Origin: Pirellulales bacterium
Lineage (GTDB): Bacteria > Planctomycetota > Planctomycetia > Pirellulales > JADZDJ01
Assembly (NCBI GenBank): GCA_963820835.1
Contig: CAWGBP010000014.1
Coordinates: forward strand, 5,715-69,714
Reading direction: 5' to 3'
DNA length: 64,000 nucleotides
The number at the start of each line of letters is the position of its first letter. Within the stretch, counting starts at the first letter, position 1. The translations under genes and the position numbers were made by a program. Below the pieces are notes generated by a model, which was given only the letters and a program-made list of their open reading frames with translations, made no database searches and had not been told where the DNA came from. This document shows, one piece after another, positions 10,619-21,953 of the stretch.

Positions 10619-11826
10619 ATAATTGCTTTTGCCCAAAAAATATCCCATCAGCCGCCAGCCTTCTTCGAACGCCAACGATGATTTGGCGGCGGCAATTTCG
10701 TCATAGGTCGTCGCCGCGTCGGGCTGGATGCCTGCCCCGGCCATAGTAAATGGCACCGCGCCGTGGTTGTGGGTTTTTAAACGCAATGGGGTAGGATGAT
10801 CGGGGGATATTAGAATGCGGTAATCTCCCTGGTTTTTCAAGGCCTCGTGAAGCGGCCCGACAATGTGGCGATCAATCTCTTCCAGCGATTTCACTTTCTC
10901 TTCGATAATGCCCATGTGCGAGGCTTCATCGGTCGCTTCGACGTGGACGCAAATCAAATCGGTGTGCGCAAGGGCTTCGATGGCGTAGCGCCCCTTCGCG
11001 GCGTAATCGGTATCGATGTAACCGGTTGCGCCGGGCACCTCGATTCGCTGCCAGCCGACAAGTGTGGCCAGGCCGCGGAGCAAATCGACGGCGGTAATCA
11101 TCGTTCCGTGAACATGATATATCTGTTGGAACGGTTGTAATTTTGGGACGCGACCAAGGCCCCAAAGCCATATGTTCGTAGCGGGCAGCTTATCCGCGGC
11201 GCGGCGGGCCTTGTTTACCGCATGATCGGCGAACAGATCGACACTTTCGGCCATTAAACGATTGAGCAAGTCGCTCCCCGGGCCGCGCGGGTGATCGTGC
11301 AGCACCGATTTACCGGTCAGATCGTGCGGCGGTGTGGCCCGCGTATCGGCCGAAAATGGCGCGGATTCTTGGCTCCGCGATACACGAGCAAATTGCGATA
11401 ACTCACACCGGGAAAGAATTGCAACTGATCGCTGCCGATGCGCTCTTGTGCGGTCGTCAAAAGCTGCCTGGCTTCTTCGGTGGAAATGTGGCCGGCGGTG
11501 AAATCGCGCATCGTTTGGTTTTCGACCGTGACCAAATTGCAGCGAATGGCCCAATCATCCGGCCCAAGCTCGATGCCTTGCGCGGCGGCTTCGAGCGGCG
11601 CGCGGCCGGTGAAATGCGCAAGCGGGTTGTAGCCCAACAGGCTCAGGCAGGCGACATCGGACCCGGCCGGGAGCGACGGGGGTACGTTGTTGGAGCGCCC
11701 AACGACGCCGGCTTTCGCCACTTCATCCATGGCCGGCGTGTGCGCCGCCTGAAATGGCGTTTTGCCGCCGTGCGATTCTTGCGGCTCGTCGGCCGCTCCG
11801 TCGGGAATGATCAGGGCGTATTTCAT
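10610..11826 (-). CDS. apgM: Cofactor-independent phosphoglycerate mutase family protein (ApgM-like, proposed homoserine kinase type); frameshift at about 11370
   Basis: IIPDGAAD, AGSDVA, FTGRAPLEA, HVEATDEASH, SPDHPTP. Confidence 0.85.
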
Positions 11827-11872
11827 GAACAAGGGGGCAGGATGCAGGGCGCAGGGCGCAGAAAGCAGAAAT

Positions 11873-13170
11873 TCATTCTTGCACTCGCAATTTTACGCTA
11901 ATGGGGCGCACGCTGGACATGCGGTCAATGGCTTCGGTGGCGGCTTCGACATTTTTTTCCGTTGCAGTGTGAGTCATGATCACCAGCGGCGTAAACCCGT
12001 CGGGCGTGCGGCCAAGCTCATGCTGAATGACCGAGGCAATCGAAATATTGTTCTTTCCCAAAATGCCTGCGATATCGCCCAGCACGCCAGGTTTGTCGGC
12101 CGCCATGAACCGCAAGTAAAACTTGCCGCTCGACTGGCCGTGATCGAGCGCCCGCACGGCAGCGCCTTGGCTGGACCACAATTCCAAATTGCGGAAGGTG
12201 ATGGGAGCGCGGCCGACGACCATGTCGATCATGTCGGCAACGACGGCCGAGGCAGTCGGCATTTGGCCGGCTCCCTGACCGTGAAACATCAGCGGACCGA
12301 CGGCATCGCCCACCACACGAATGGCGTTGAACGCGCCGCGCACTTCGGCCAGCGGCGCGCCGATTTTGACTAGCATCGGCGAGACTTGCAAATCGACGGC
12401 GCCAGCTTGCAATTGAGCCATGGCAATGAGCTTAATGCGGTAGCCAAGCTCTTTGGCATAGTGTAAATCGGCCGTTTCCAGGTTGTCGATGCCGCGGCGG
12501 GGGATGTCGCGCCAGTTGACGCGCACGCCGAAGGCCAAATGAGCCAAGATGGCCAGCTTTTGCGTGGCATCGCTTCCATCGACATCGAGCGTTGGGTCGG
12601 CTTCGGCGTAGCCGAGTTTTTGAGCCTCGTGCACGGCCGTTTCGTAGTCGGCCCCGTGCTCTTCCATTTGCGTGAGAATGAAGTTGCTGGTGCCGTTCAA
12701 GATGCCGCGGATCGATTGAATCTGGTTGGCCGACAAGCACTGGCTGATGTTGGCGATGATCGGAATGCCGCCGGCCACCGCTGCTTCGAAGGCAATGCAC
12801 AGATCGAGCGCGCGGGCGCGATCGAACAATTCGGGGCCATGTTCGGCCAGCAGGGCCTTGTTGGCCGTGACCACGTCTTTGCCGCTATCGAGCAGCTCGA
12901 GCATGATTTCGCGCGCAGGCTCCAGGCCGCCGACCAGGTGCGCGACGACTTTGATTTCCGGATTGCGCGTGATGCTTTTCAGATCGGTGGTGAGGACGCC
13001 GCACGGCAAATCGAGGCCGCGTGTTTTGTCGCCATCGCGCACGACGACCGATTCCAGGACGATTTTGCGCCGGTGTGCCGCGCCGCCCGTTCGCCATGCT
13101 CGATCAACAGCCGCGCCACGCCGGTGCCGACGGTTCCCATTCCGACGATGGCGACTTTGGTTTGATCCAT
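11873..13170 (-). CDS. hom: Homoserine dehydrogenase with C-terminal ACT domain (frameshift at about 13065)
   Basis: VGMGTVGTG, VVTANKA, FEAAVAGGIP, GILNGT, GYAEADPTLDVDG. Confidence 0.94.
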
Positions 13171-13321
13171 GATTACAGCGATTAGCAATTAGCGGCTAGC
13201 AGTTAGCGAGGGGCAGAAGCGGCATAGAAAGGGTAGAATCTGCCATGCTAAAATGCGGGGCGTGGAAACGTCAAGCGCAAAGATTCCGGCTATTGCTTCC
13301 GTAAATTCTAACAGTCGAAGC

Positions 13322-13657
13322 ATGATACTCGGCCTAATAAGACCGTTGAAAGAAAACGCTCGGTTCACCCGTGAAGCTTGGTGTGAATTTGTGCAGACTC
13401 GACCGGAGTTTAGAAAAAGGCCCCGGCGACAATTCCCAAATCCATTTACCGGTGCAATCGCATTGACGCCTGAGCACGATGATGCAGCGGATGTTGTTGC
13501 TGGTGAAAAAATCATTGGACACGTTTCGTGGTCGATGAATGAAGAGATTCTTGCGGTTGTGAAAATTGAGCCCGACCGAATGCCACTAGTTGAGGAATGG
13601 ACACGTTTGTTAGGTGGCGAGTTTCACGTGATCGCCGACCCGTTCGAATATGCTTGA
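13322..13657 (+). CDS. Hypothetical protein (lower GC, NPFTG motif)
   Basis: 111-aa ORF filling the gap between hom and the M42 peptidase. Confidence 0.55.
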   Translation: MILGLIRPLKENARFTREAWCEFVQTRPEFRKRPRRQFPNPFTGAIALTPEHDDAADVVAGEKIIGHVSWSMNEEILAVVKIEPDRMPLVEEWTRLLGGEFHVIADPFEYA

Positions 13658-13727
13658 CGTTTATCCGATTTGATCGGGCTATCGCCAGGGCCGTTTGTCT
13701 TGCCAGATTACTTCTACGGTGAAATGA

Positions 13728-14792
13728 ATGAATATGGACTCCGCACCACTCAACTTTCTGAAACAACTCCTCGAGACGCCCAGTCCTTCTGGATATGAGA
13801 AGCCGATCCAGGATGTGGTTCGCCGCTATGTGGCCGAGTTTGCCGACCGAGTCACCACCGATTTGCACGGCAACGTGATCGCGGTGAAAAATCCCGACGC
13901 GAAGCTGCGCGTCATGCTCGCCGGGCACTGCGACCAGATCGGCATGCTCGTGCAACACATCGACGCCGAAGGCTATTTGTACGTGCAAACCATCGGCGGT
14001 TGGGATCCGCAGCAGTTGGTTGGCCAGCGGATGACGGTCTGGACCGCCGGCGGCCCCGTGCCGGGCGTGATTTCGCGCAAGGCGATTCACTTGCTGACCG
14101 AGGAAGAACGCAAGCAAGTCGTGAAGCTCAAAGATATGTGGCTCGACATTGGCGCCAAAGACAAGGCCGAGGCGGAAGGGCTGGTTTCGATCGGCGACCC
14201 GGTCACGCTGCAACTTGGTTTCCAACCGATGCGCAACAATTTCGCCAATTCGCCCGGCATGGACGACAAGACCGGCCTGTGGGTCTGCATCGAGGCGCTG
14301 CGGCGCGCGAGTGCAAAGAAACTGAACTGCGCGCTGTTTGCGGTTTCGACCGTGCAGGAAGAAATTGGCCTACGCGGCGCTCAAACCAGCGCTTTCGGAA
14401 TCGATCCGCACGTGGGCATTGCCGTCGACGTGACGCACGCCACCGATTGCCCGACGGTCGACAAAAAGCAGGAGGGGGATGTCGCGCTGGGCAAAGGCCC
14501 GGTGATTTATCGCGGGCCTAACATGAACCCGCGGGTAGTGGAAAAACTGATCGAGACGGCGAAGGCGGGCGAAATACCCTATCAACTGGCGGCCAGCGGC
14601 CGAGCCACGGGAACCGACGCCAACCCGATTCAGATCAATCGGGCAGGCGTCGCGGCGGGATTGGTGAGCATTCCCAGCCGCTACATGCATAGCGCCGTCG
14701 AGATGATTTCGCTGGATGACATCGACCGGGCCGCTGATCTGTTAGCCAACTTCGCCGCCAGTGTGGGCGCAGGCGACGATTTCACGCCGTGA
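13728..14792 (+). CDS. M42 family metallo-aminopeptidase
   Basis: PSPSGYE, AGHCDQIG, MDDKTG, TVQEEIGLRGA, GTDA, RYMHS. Confidence 0.93.
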   Translation: MNMDSAPLNFLKQLLETPSPSGYEKPIQDVVRRYVAEFADRVTTDLHGNVIAVKNPDAKLRVMLAGHCDQIGMLVQHIDAEGYLYVQTIGGWDPQQLVGQRMTVWTAGGPVPGVISRKAIHLLTEEERKQVVKLKDMWLDIGAKDKAEAEGLVSIGDPVTLQLGFQPMRNNFANSPGMDDKTGLWVCIEALRRASAKKLNCALFAVSTVQEEIGLRGAQTSAFGIDPHVGIAVDVTHATDCPTVDKKQEGDVALGKGPVIYRGPNMNPRVVEKLIETAKAGEIPYQLAASGRATGTDANPIQINRAGVAAGLVSIPSRYMHSAVEMISLDDIDRAADLLANFAASVGAGDDFTP

Positions 14793-14863
14793 GGTAAGTG
14801 ATCAAGCAGTTAGCTATTGCCGATTGGCGAGCTGACTTTTTGAATTCCCCAACTCATTCGCTA

Positions 14864-16231
14864 TTAGCCAATCACGTGTTGAAAGCCGGTGACTGTCAGC
14901 GATGTGAATTGGTTGTGCGTTAACACTGCGGTATCGCCGGTTTCGCCGGAATCTTGAAATACTGCTTCGGTCGCCGAGCTATTGGCCACCGAGAGCACGT
15001 CGTATTTTCCCCCTTCAAGATCGGCGAAAAGTCCATCGGTATGCAGACGGCTGATCGCCACGCTATCGGTCAGCGGGCTGCCAAGAATTGAAGCGCCGCC
15101 AACGACGACTATGTTGGAAAGCACCACCGACCTTTCACCTTCCACGCTTAGAAATATGTCGCTCGGGCCGGTGGCGGTCCCGTTGACGTTGAAGTGCGAA
15201 TTCGTAACGACGACTGGGCCACCGGCGTTGATTCCGGCCGTGCCATCGAGTGTGGTCAGATTGTTCACGCTGACCGAGCCAGTGCCGCCACCAGCGCTGA
15301 CCCCTGCCGACTCGGCGGTGACGTTATTGACGACGATATTGCCGTTTTGAAACGCGCCGATTTCAAAGTCTGAACTGGCTTGGGCGTTGGAAACGGTCGC
15401 AACTAGGTGCTGGCCAACGGGGGTGCCGGCATAGACTGCTTCCAAGAAGCCCCCGGCCTTGATTTTGTTCATTGCGAGCACGGTGGTGCCGTCGGAGAAA
15501 CTGACGGCGAAATCGGCTCCGGCGGTCAGATTCGACAGAGTGATAGTGTTGTGGGCGTTTTTGCCATTGGTACTGTTTTCAGCATCGAAGCCCATGTCGC
15601 CTAAAGATTGGCAGTTCGTCACGGTAATGGCGCCGATGCGGGAAAAATCGTCGACTTCGAGCCCCGATCCGGCGGAGGATCCGGTTACCGTTAAAAAGTC
15701 GGTCTGCGCGCCCCCTTCAACGACCAATTGATTTCCACCATGGCTATTGGTGACGACGACGGTGTTCGTGCCGTTGTGTGCCTCGACTTCGAGTTCAGAG
15801 TCGGCCGTGCATTTGTTGACAGTTATCGAGTCGTTACCTGCTCCGGTGGTAACACTAATATCCGCCGCATGGATGTTGTTAAGCTGGATTGCTTTGTTGC
15901 CTCCACCCGAGAATTGAACAGTCAAATCGCCCGACAACGTGCCGTTGGAAACCTTGAGGATGTCGTTCCCTGCAGCGAGATCGGTCGTGATATCGGTGAC
16001 GCCTGTGAACGTTTCCGCGGCATTTGTGCCGTCGATCTTTGTGCCAATCCCCTTCACCTGCCAAGCGCCGCTGGCCAATTGCGTCAATTGAACGTTGTTG
16101 GCGGCGGCATCACCGGTCAGCGTGAGCAGACCGCCGGAAAAACTTGTGACAACATTGCCGGCCAACAACGCGCGGTTTTCCAGCGTCTCGAAGCTAAAAT
16201 GTTTGTGCACCAAGGTCTTTGAACGCGGCAT
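14864..16231 (-). CDS. Secreted beta-solenoid repeat protein with planctomycete extracellular N-terminal motif
   Basis: FETLENRALLAGNV start, about 22-aa TGxGND-type repeats, C-terminal GFQHVIG. Confidence 0.8.
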   Translation of the reverse strand: MPRSKTLVHKHFSFETLENRALLAGNVVTSFSGGLLTLTGDAAANNVQLTQLASGAWQVKGIGTKIDGTNAAETFTGVTDITTDLAAGNDILKVSNGTLSGDLTVQFSGGGNKAIQLNNIHAADISVTTGAGNDSITVNKCTADSELEVEAHNGTNTVVVTNSHGGNQLVVEGGAQTDFLTVTGSSAGSGLEVDDFSRIGAITVTNCQSLGDMGFDAENSTNGKNAHNTITLSNLTAGADFAVSFSDGTTVLAMNKIKAGGFLEAVYAGTPVGQHLVATVSNAQASSDFEIGAFQNGNIVVNNVTAESAGVSAGGGTGSVSVNNLTTLDGTAGINAGGPVVVTNSHFNVNGTATGPSDIFLSVEGERSVVLSNIVVVGGASILGSPLTDSVAISRLHTDGLFADLEGGKYDVLSVANSSATEAVFQDSGETGDTAVLTHNQFTSLTVTGFQHVIG

Positions 16232-16310
16232 GAAAATAATCTCCAGTGTATTCCTATGGTTGTTTGGTCAAGAAAAGAGTTGCGCTGCTATTCTCCACGT
16301 CTCGTCGAAC

Positions 16311-17611
16311 CTAAAACCCAATAATATGTGCGAAGTTTGGCCCGATGTTGACGTCGCTCGAATGAATTTGCACGCCGGTTAAGAACGCGCCCGTGCCGCC
16401 GGAATTGAGAATATCCATTTCGGCTGCGGTGAAACTGACGATAGTCAGCACATCTTTGTTGCCCGGACCTACGTCAGCAGAAAAGACATTTGGACCGATG
16501 TTGATCTGGGTGAGCGTGACCGCATCAGTTCCGCCTCCAGAGGTAACGTTCAAGTTGCTGTCGGAAGTGTATTTGACGACGCTGATGATGTCTTTGCCTG
16601 CACCGGTTTCGACGGTATCGACCGAGTTGGGCCCGTGGGTCTGAACATTAACCAACGAAATGACGTTGTTTCCGTTCTCGCCATTTACGGAAAGATTTCC
16701 ACCTGCAGACACGTTCGATAAGGCGATCGTATCGTTGCCGTCGCCGCCGGCAACCGTAACATTGGTGCCGAACTGCATGCGGGAGATACTTAAGGCATTG
16801 CTTTTCGAGCTAGCGCCCGGGCGCTAATATTCAGTTCTCGATCGCCAACACAATTTTGGACGGCAATGACGTTCGTGCCATGGCTTCCGTCGACGAATAT
16901 TGAGCCATAGCCAACATTGCAATTGGCGATGGTGACCGTGTTAGTGCCTGCGGTATCGAATGAGTAACTCGATATTCCTACAAGCACGTTACTATTGGTA
17001 ATGACCGTTTGGTTAGTCCGGCCGAGCGTAACAGCCTCCAAGTCGCCTTCGCCGGAGCAATTGGACATTACAACCGTGTCGTTGCCCGTGCCGCTGGCGT
17101 CGAGCCGGGTCGATGCGGCGCTCGTTTTTGTGGCAACGATGGTGTCGTTTTTACCGGCTGTATAAACGTTAATTTGGTTTTCCGAGGAGACGTTGTTGAA
17201 GATGATGGAATTGTTTCCGCCCGTTAACGAAATATCGATGTCGCTGAGCGAATGAAAATTGTTCAGCAGAATGGTGGTGTTGCCGGCAGAATCGCTGATA
17301 TTGAGGACGTGGGGGAGCGTGCCGCCAGAGAGTTGCATGGTGTCGTTGCCGGCGCCCAGGTCGATGCCAATGTCGGTGACGCCGGCGAAATCCGCCGGGC
17401 TGTTGATGCCATTGATTTTTGTGGCGATGCCTTTGACCTGCCAATCGCCGTCGGCCAGCCGCGACACCTGAATACTGTTGGCAGCGGCGTCGCCGGTGAC
17501 GGATAGGCCGGTGCCGGAAAGAACAGCGGTAACATTGCCGGCTAACAGGGGGCGGGTTTCTAGAGATTCGAAGCGGGAAATACGGCCGAAGCGAGTTGAC
17601 GAGCGGTGCAT
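16311..17611 (-). CDS. Secreted beta-solenoid repeat protein, paralogue 2 (frameshift at about 16800-16830)
   Basis: FESLETRPLLAGNV start in ORF 16790-17695; C-terminal part in ORF 16311-16778 ending NFAHIIGF. Confidence 0.75.
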
Positions 17612-17691
17612 TGAGGAATACTCCGAGTGTAAATCATCGAATGCAAAAGAAAGATTTAAATCTGAATGTCGGTTCGTCTTCGGCTGAACAT

Positions 17692-19286
17692 TCAAATGCC
17701 GAAGCGCCAGCGGAAGTCGGTGACGACTGGGGCCGTGGCGAAGTGGTTGGCTGCCCCGACGATCGTTCCGGTGGTTCCGCCAGTGTCCTCGAGGAATTCA
17801 AAGCCGGCGGTGCAGTTGACAAGTGAAAGAGTGTCGCGATCGCCCGGACCAATGTCGACTAAGAGGTTGCGGATACCGCAGTTTACCGCGTTGAGCGTCA
17901 CGAGATCGGTGCCCCCGCCCGTAAGAACCGCTAAATTGCCGACGGTATCCACGTGCGAGAGCGATATCGTGTCGTTGCCATCATCAGTCAGAATCGTATT
18001 GTCGGCAGTTGGCCCCTCAGCGATCAGGCTGCTATTAACCAGCGAAACGACGGATTTGGCGTCGCCGGTGCGGATGGTGTTGCCGGCATCTTCCCTGCAG
18101 CTCATTGTCAGATAAGCGAGCGATAGGATTGCGACCCCATCGCCGGCTTGCACGAGATTTTCTGAAGAATCGCGGGAGGACATTGTGACATGCGACATGA
18201 CGATGGCGGTGTTGCCGTCGCCGGTTTCGACCTGATTGCTGCAGTTGTCGACGCAGGTCATTTGGACGTTGGACATGACGATGGAAGTGGAGCCGTCTTG
18301 CATTTCGATGAGGTTTTTGGTCTGGCTGTCGGCTTGCATCTTGACGTTGACCATGGCGATCGAGACTTTGCCGTCGCCGGTTTCGATGATGTTACCATCG
18401 TTGTTGCTGCCGTTCGTCATGTTGACGTTGGCCAGAGAGACCGTCGACGTGCCGCTAATCGGGTTGATGACGTTTTTCGATTGATCGCCGCCTGTCATGG
18501 CGACTTTTGCCAAGGAGATGGTTGATTGCGGACCGCGCGTGAAGATTCCGTTGATTCCATTGGTAGCCACTGTCCAGGAGACATTCGACAGGGAAATGAC
18601 GGTTTTGCCGGGGAGCAGAAGATTGATTTCGTTGGAACTGTTGTCGCCACCGGTCCATTTGACATTCGAAAGAGCGATGGTGGACGGACCTTGTCCGGGA
18701 AATATGCCATTAAATGTGTTATCACCACCGTTGACGGTAACATTCGACATCGAAATGTTAGCGCTGCCTGTGGCCGATTCGATTTCGGTCGAACCAGAGG
18801 AGGTTATGCCCGTCACGATGGCCGTGTTGTTCCCGTTGCCTAGGGAAACGACCAACGAATTGCCGGTGCTGGCAGTATCTAAACCCGCAGTAATGTTGGC
18901 GATCTGGACGATGTCGTTGCCATCGGTCGACGACGGGAGAGTGCCGTCGGCATTAATCAGCAGAGCTCCGGGCACGTTTCCGTGGGAAACAATGAGCGTA
19001 TCGCTGCCGCCATTGAGCGTAATGGCGATGTTGCCGGTCACCGGCACGTTCGTTGTAAACGCAGAGTTGCCGCCGTTAATTTTTGTGGCGATTCCCGTCA
19101 CCTTCCAGCGCCGGAAGTGAGCTGAGTGACCTGAATATTGTTGTTGGCATTATCGCCGCTGATATCCAATTCGCCGGCATTCACGGCGACGAGCACATTG
19201 CCGGCCAGCAGTGTGCGCGTCTCCAAGCACTCGAACATGAAAAGCTGCCTTGTTTTTCGATTCCGATTTCGACGGAGCGTCCTCAT
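17692..19286 (-). CDS. Secreted beta-solenoid repeat protein, paralogue 3 (frameshift at about 19105)
   Basis: FECLETRTLLAGNV start in ORF 19098-19340, continues in ORF 17692-19101 with 26-27-aa repeats. Confidence 0.77.
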
Positions 19287-19530
19287 TTTCGCAGCCTTTG
19301 TGATTTTGGGAATTGATGAGGATTTGGGAAACCTCAGCAAAATATGCAGCCGTCAAAAATAACGTGCAATTATCGCGGACACCAGTAGGTCGAAACACAG
19401 ACATTTCCTCATTTCCCTGTCAGAATGGCACAGTCTTGGAGCTCGAGCGGTTGGACGAGGGAATGCCAAAACACGTACCAATCCCCGTAACAGCCGTGCT
19501 CGCAAGGCCTTGCCGAAGCGGCAGCATCGT

Positions 19531-19547
19531 CGGCACAACGCTTGCTT
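19531..19547 (+). promoter_or_regulatory. Putative sigma54 (-24/-12) promoter upstream of the chaperone operon
   Basis: cGGcacaacgcttGCtt: exact GG-N10-GC spacing with GGCAC and TTGC. Confidence 0.55.
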
Positions 19548-19732
19548 TTATGTTGGGCCGCTTAGGCTTTCGCCTGCCAAATGCGGCGACTGCCTACCTG
19601 AAAGCAGGTGTCTGAGTACCTATGTGTCTTGGTGTATTAGCGGCGACTTTTTGCCAACACCAGAGGCCTTTAGGCACATAGACACCAAGGAAACCCAAGA
19701 CACTTACACAAATACTCCGGAGGATTTTCGCT

Positions 19733-21433
19733 GTGGCAAAACAAATGGTGTTCGACGACGAAGCACGCAATCCGCTGGCTGCGGGCGTCAGTAAGCTGGC
19801 TCAAGCAGTCCGCAGCACTCTTGGCCCCCGCGGCCGCAATGCCGTCCTCGATAAAGGCTGGGGCTCGCCGAAAATCACCAAAGACGGCGTTACCGTGGCG
19901 GAAGATATCGAACTCGACGACCCCTACGAAAATCTGGGCGCGAAGCTGGTGAAAGAGGCGGCCAGCAAAACCAACGACGTCGCCGGCGACGGCACGACCA
20001 CGGCCACCGTGCTGGCCGAGGCCATTTACAAGGAAGGCCTGAGAATGATTGCCGCCGGCGCCGACCCCATGGCACTGTCGCGCGGCATTTCGAAAGCCAC
20101 TGAAAAAGTCATCGAAGCCATCAAAAAGATGGCCACGCCAATCGACGAGAAAAATCGGAAGGAAATTCAGCAAATTGCCACAATCGCCGGCAATAACGAT
20201 CCTTCGATTGGCGCTGTGCTTTCCGAAGCCTTCATGAAGGTCGGCAAAGACGGCGTCATCACGGTTGAAGAAGGCAAACAGAGCGAAACGACGGTCGATG
20301 TGGTCGAAGGCATGCAATTCGACCGCGGCTATCTCTCGCCCCACTTTGTCACCAATCAAGATCAGCAAATTGTCGAACTCGAAAACGCCGCTGTGCTGAT
20401 TTACGAAGATAAAATCTCCAACGCCAAGAACCTCGTTCCGCTGTTGGAAGCGATCAGCAAAGCGAATAAGCCGCTGTTGATTATTGCCGAGGACGTTGAA
20501 GGCGAAGCACTGGCCACGCTGGTCGTGAACAAGCTCCGCGGTATTTTAAGTGTGTGTGCCGTAAAAGCTCCGGGCTATGGCGATCGGCGCAAGGCGATGC
20601 TGGGCGACTTGGCGGCACTCACCGGCGGCACCGCCATTTTCAAAGATCTTGGAATTCAACTCGACTCGGTGAAGATTTCCGACCTGGGCAAAGTGAAAAA
20701 AGTGATCGTCGATAGCGAGAATACGACAATCGTTGGGGGCGGAGGGGATAAAAAAGCCATCGAGGGCCGCGTCCAGCAAATTCGCAACGAAATCGAAACG
20801 ACCGACAGCGATTACGACCGCGAAAAACTGCAGGAACGGTTGGCGAAGCTGGCCGGTGGCGTGGCCCAAATCAATGTGGGCGCAGCGACCGAAACCGAAA
20901 TGAAGGAACGTAAATACCTGTTGGAAGATGCCCAATCGGCCACCAAGGCGGCGCTCGAAGAAGGCATTGTGCCCGGTGGCGGCGTGGCGCTGATTCGCGC
21001 GGAGAAATCGCTCGATAAGCTCGGCTTGGAAGGAGACGAGGCGCTGGGGGCCAAGATCGTTAAGAACGTGCTCGACTGGCCGCTGCGCTGGATTGCCGAA
21101 AATGCCGGGGTCGATGGCGCAGTAGTCGTCAACCGCGTTCGCCAAATGAAAGGCAAAAACGATGGCTACGATGCCGACAAAGACGAGTACTGCGACCTGA
21201 CGGATCGCGGCATTATCGATCCGGCCAAGGTAGTTCGAACTGCGCTGCAAAACGCCGCCAGTGTGGCCGCCCTGCTGTTGACCACATCGGCCTTGGTCAC
21301 CGACATTCCCAAGGAAGAAGATGAACACGCTGGCCACGACCACGGTCACGACCACGGCATGGGTGGTATGGGCGGCATGGGTGGAATGGGCGGTGGCATG
21401 GGAGGCATGGGTGGCATGGGCGGAATGATGTAG
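19733..21433 (+). CDS. groL: Chaperonin GroEL (copy 1, His-rich plus GGM tail)
   Basis: [31 protein letters not shown] repeats. Confidence 0.97.
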   Translation: MAKQMVFDDEARNPLAAGVSKLAQAVRSTLGPRGRNAVLDKGWGSPKITKDGVTVAEDIELDDPYENLGAKLVKEAASKTNDVAGDGTTTATVLAEAIYKEGLRMIAAGADPMALSRGISKATEKVIEAIKKMATPIDEKNRKEIQQIATIAGNNDPSIGAVLSEAFMKVGKDGVITVEEGKQSETTVDVVEGMQFDRGYLSPHFVTNQDQQIVELENAAVLIYEDKISNAKNLVPLLEAISKANKPLLIIAEDVEGEALATLVVNKLRGILSVCAVKAPGYGDRRKAMLGDLAALTGGTAIFKDLGIQLDSVKISDLGKVKKVIVDSENTTIVGGGGDKKAIEGRVQQIRNEIETTDSDYDREKLQERLAKLAGGVAQINVGAATETEMKERKYLLEDAQSATKAALEEGIVPGGGVALIRAEKSLDKLGLEGDEALGAKIVKNVLDWPLRWIAENAGVDGAVVVNRVRQMKGKNDGYDADKDEYCDLTDRGIIDPAKVVRTALQNAASVAALLLTTSALVTDIPKEEDEHAGHDHGHDHGMGGMGGMGGMGGGMGGMGGMGGMM

Positions 21434-21549
21434 GACTGCAGACTGCAAACAAAATGCAGCATTAAGAACGCGAATTGCTTGGCGTCGCCGACCGCAAGGG
21501 CGAAAAGAGACCCAAAAAAACTAACCATTCATAATTGAGGAATTCAAAC

Positions 21550-21849
21550 ATGCCTAAAACCAAACTTCGTCCGCTCGATGATCGTGTTGTCGTGAAGCCC
21601 GTGGAAGCCGAGGAGCGCACCGCTGGCGGTATCGTCCTTCCCGATACGGCCAAGGAAAAGCCGCAGCGCGGCAAAGTCGTTTCCATCGGCCCCGGCAAAC
21701 TGCTCGAAAGCGGTCAGCGCGGGAATCTCTCGGTCTCAGTCGGCGACGAAGTCATTTACGGCAAGTATTCGGGCACCGATATCGAAATCGAAGGAGACGA
21801 CGTGAAGATCCTTCGCGAAACGGAAATTTTGGCGAAGGTGGTCGGCTAG
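21550..21849 (+). CDS. groS: Co-chaperonin GroES
   Basis: [33 protein letters not shown]. Confidence 0.97.
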   Translation: MPKTKLRPLDDRVVVKPVEAEERTAGGIVLPDTAKEKPQRGKVVSIGPGKLLESGQRGNLSVSVGDEVIYGKYSGTDIEIEGDDVKILRETEILAKVVG

Positions 21850-21953
21850 GGTCGATCATCAAGTTTGAGTTTTGAATTCATTTAGCCTCGGCAAATCGCC
21901 GGGCGCCAATCAAACAAAAAGTAGCGAACTCACAATCAATTAGGAACCTAACC

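Noticed and set aside
19425-19440. TGGCACAGTCTTGG as a second sigma54 promoter
   Set aside because: Lacks the invariant GC at the -12 position with GG-N10-GC spacing.
21359-21430. GGCATG tandem repeat
   Set aside because: It encodes the standard GroEL Gly-Gly-Met tail.
20546-21448. Long antisense ORFs over groEL, the metalloprotease, the solenoid genes and other core genes
   Set aside because: Shadow ORFs expected from high-GC codon bias; no motifs.
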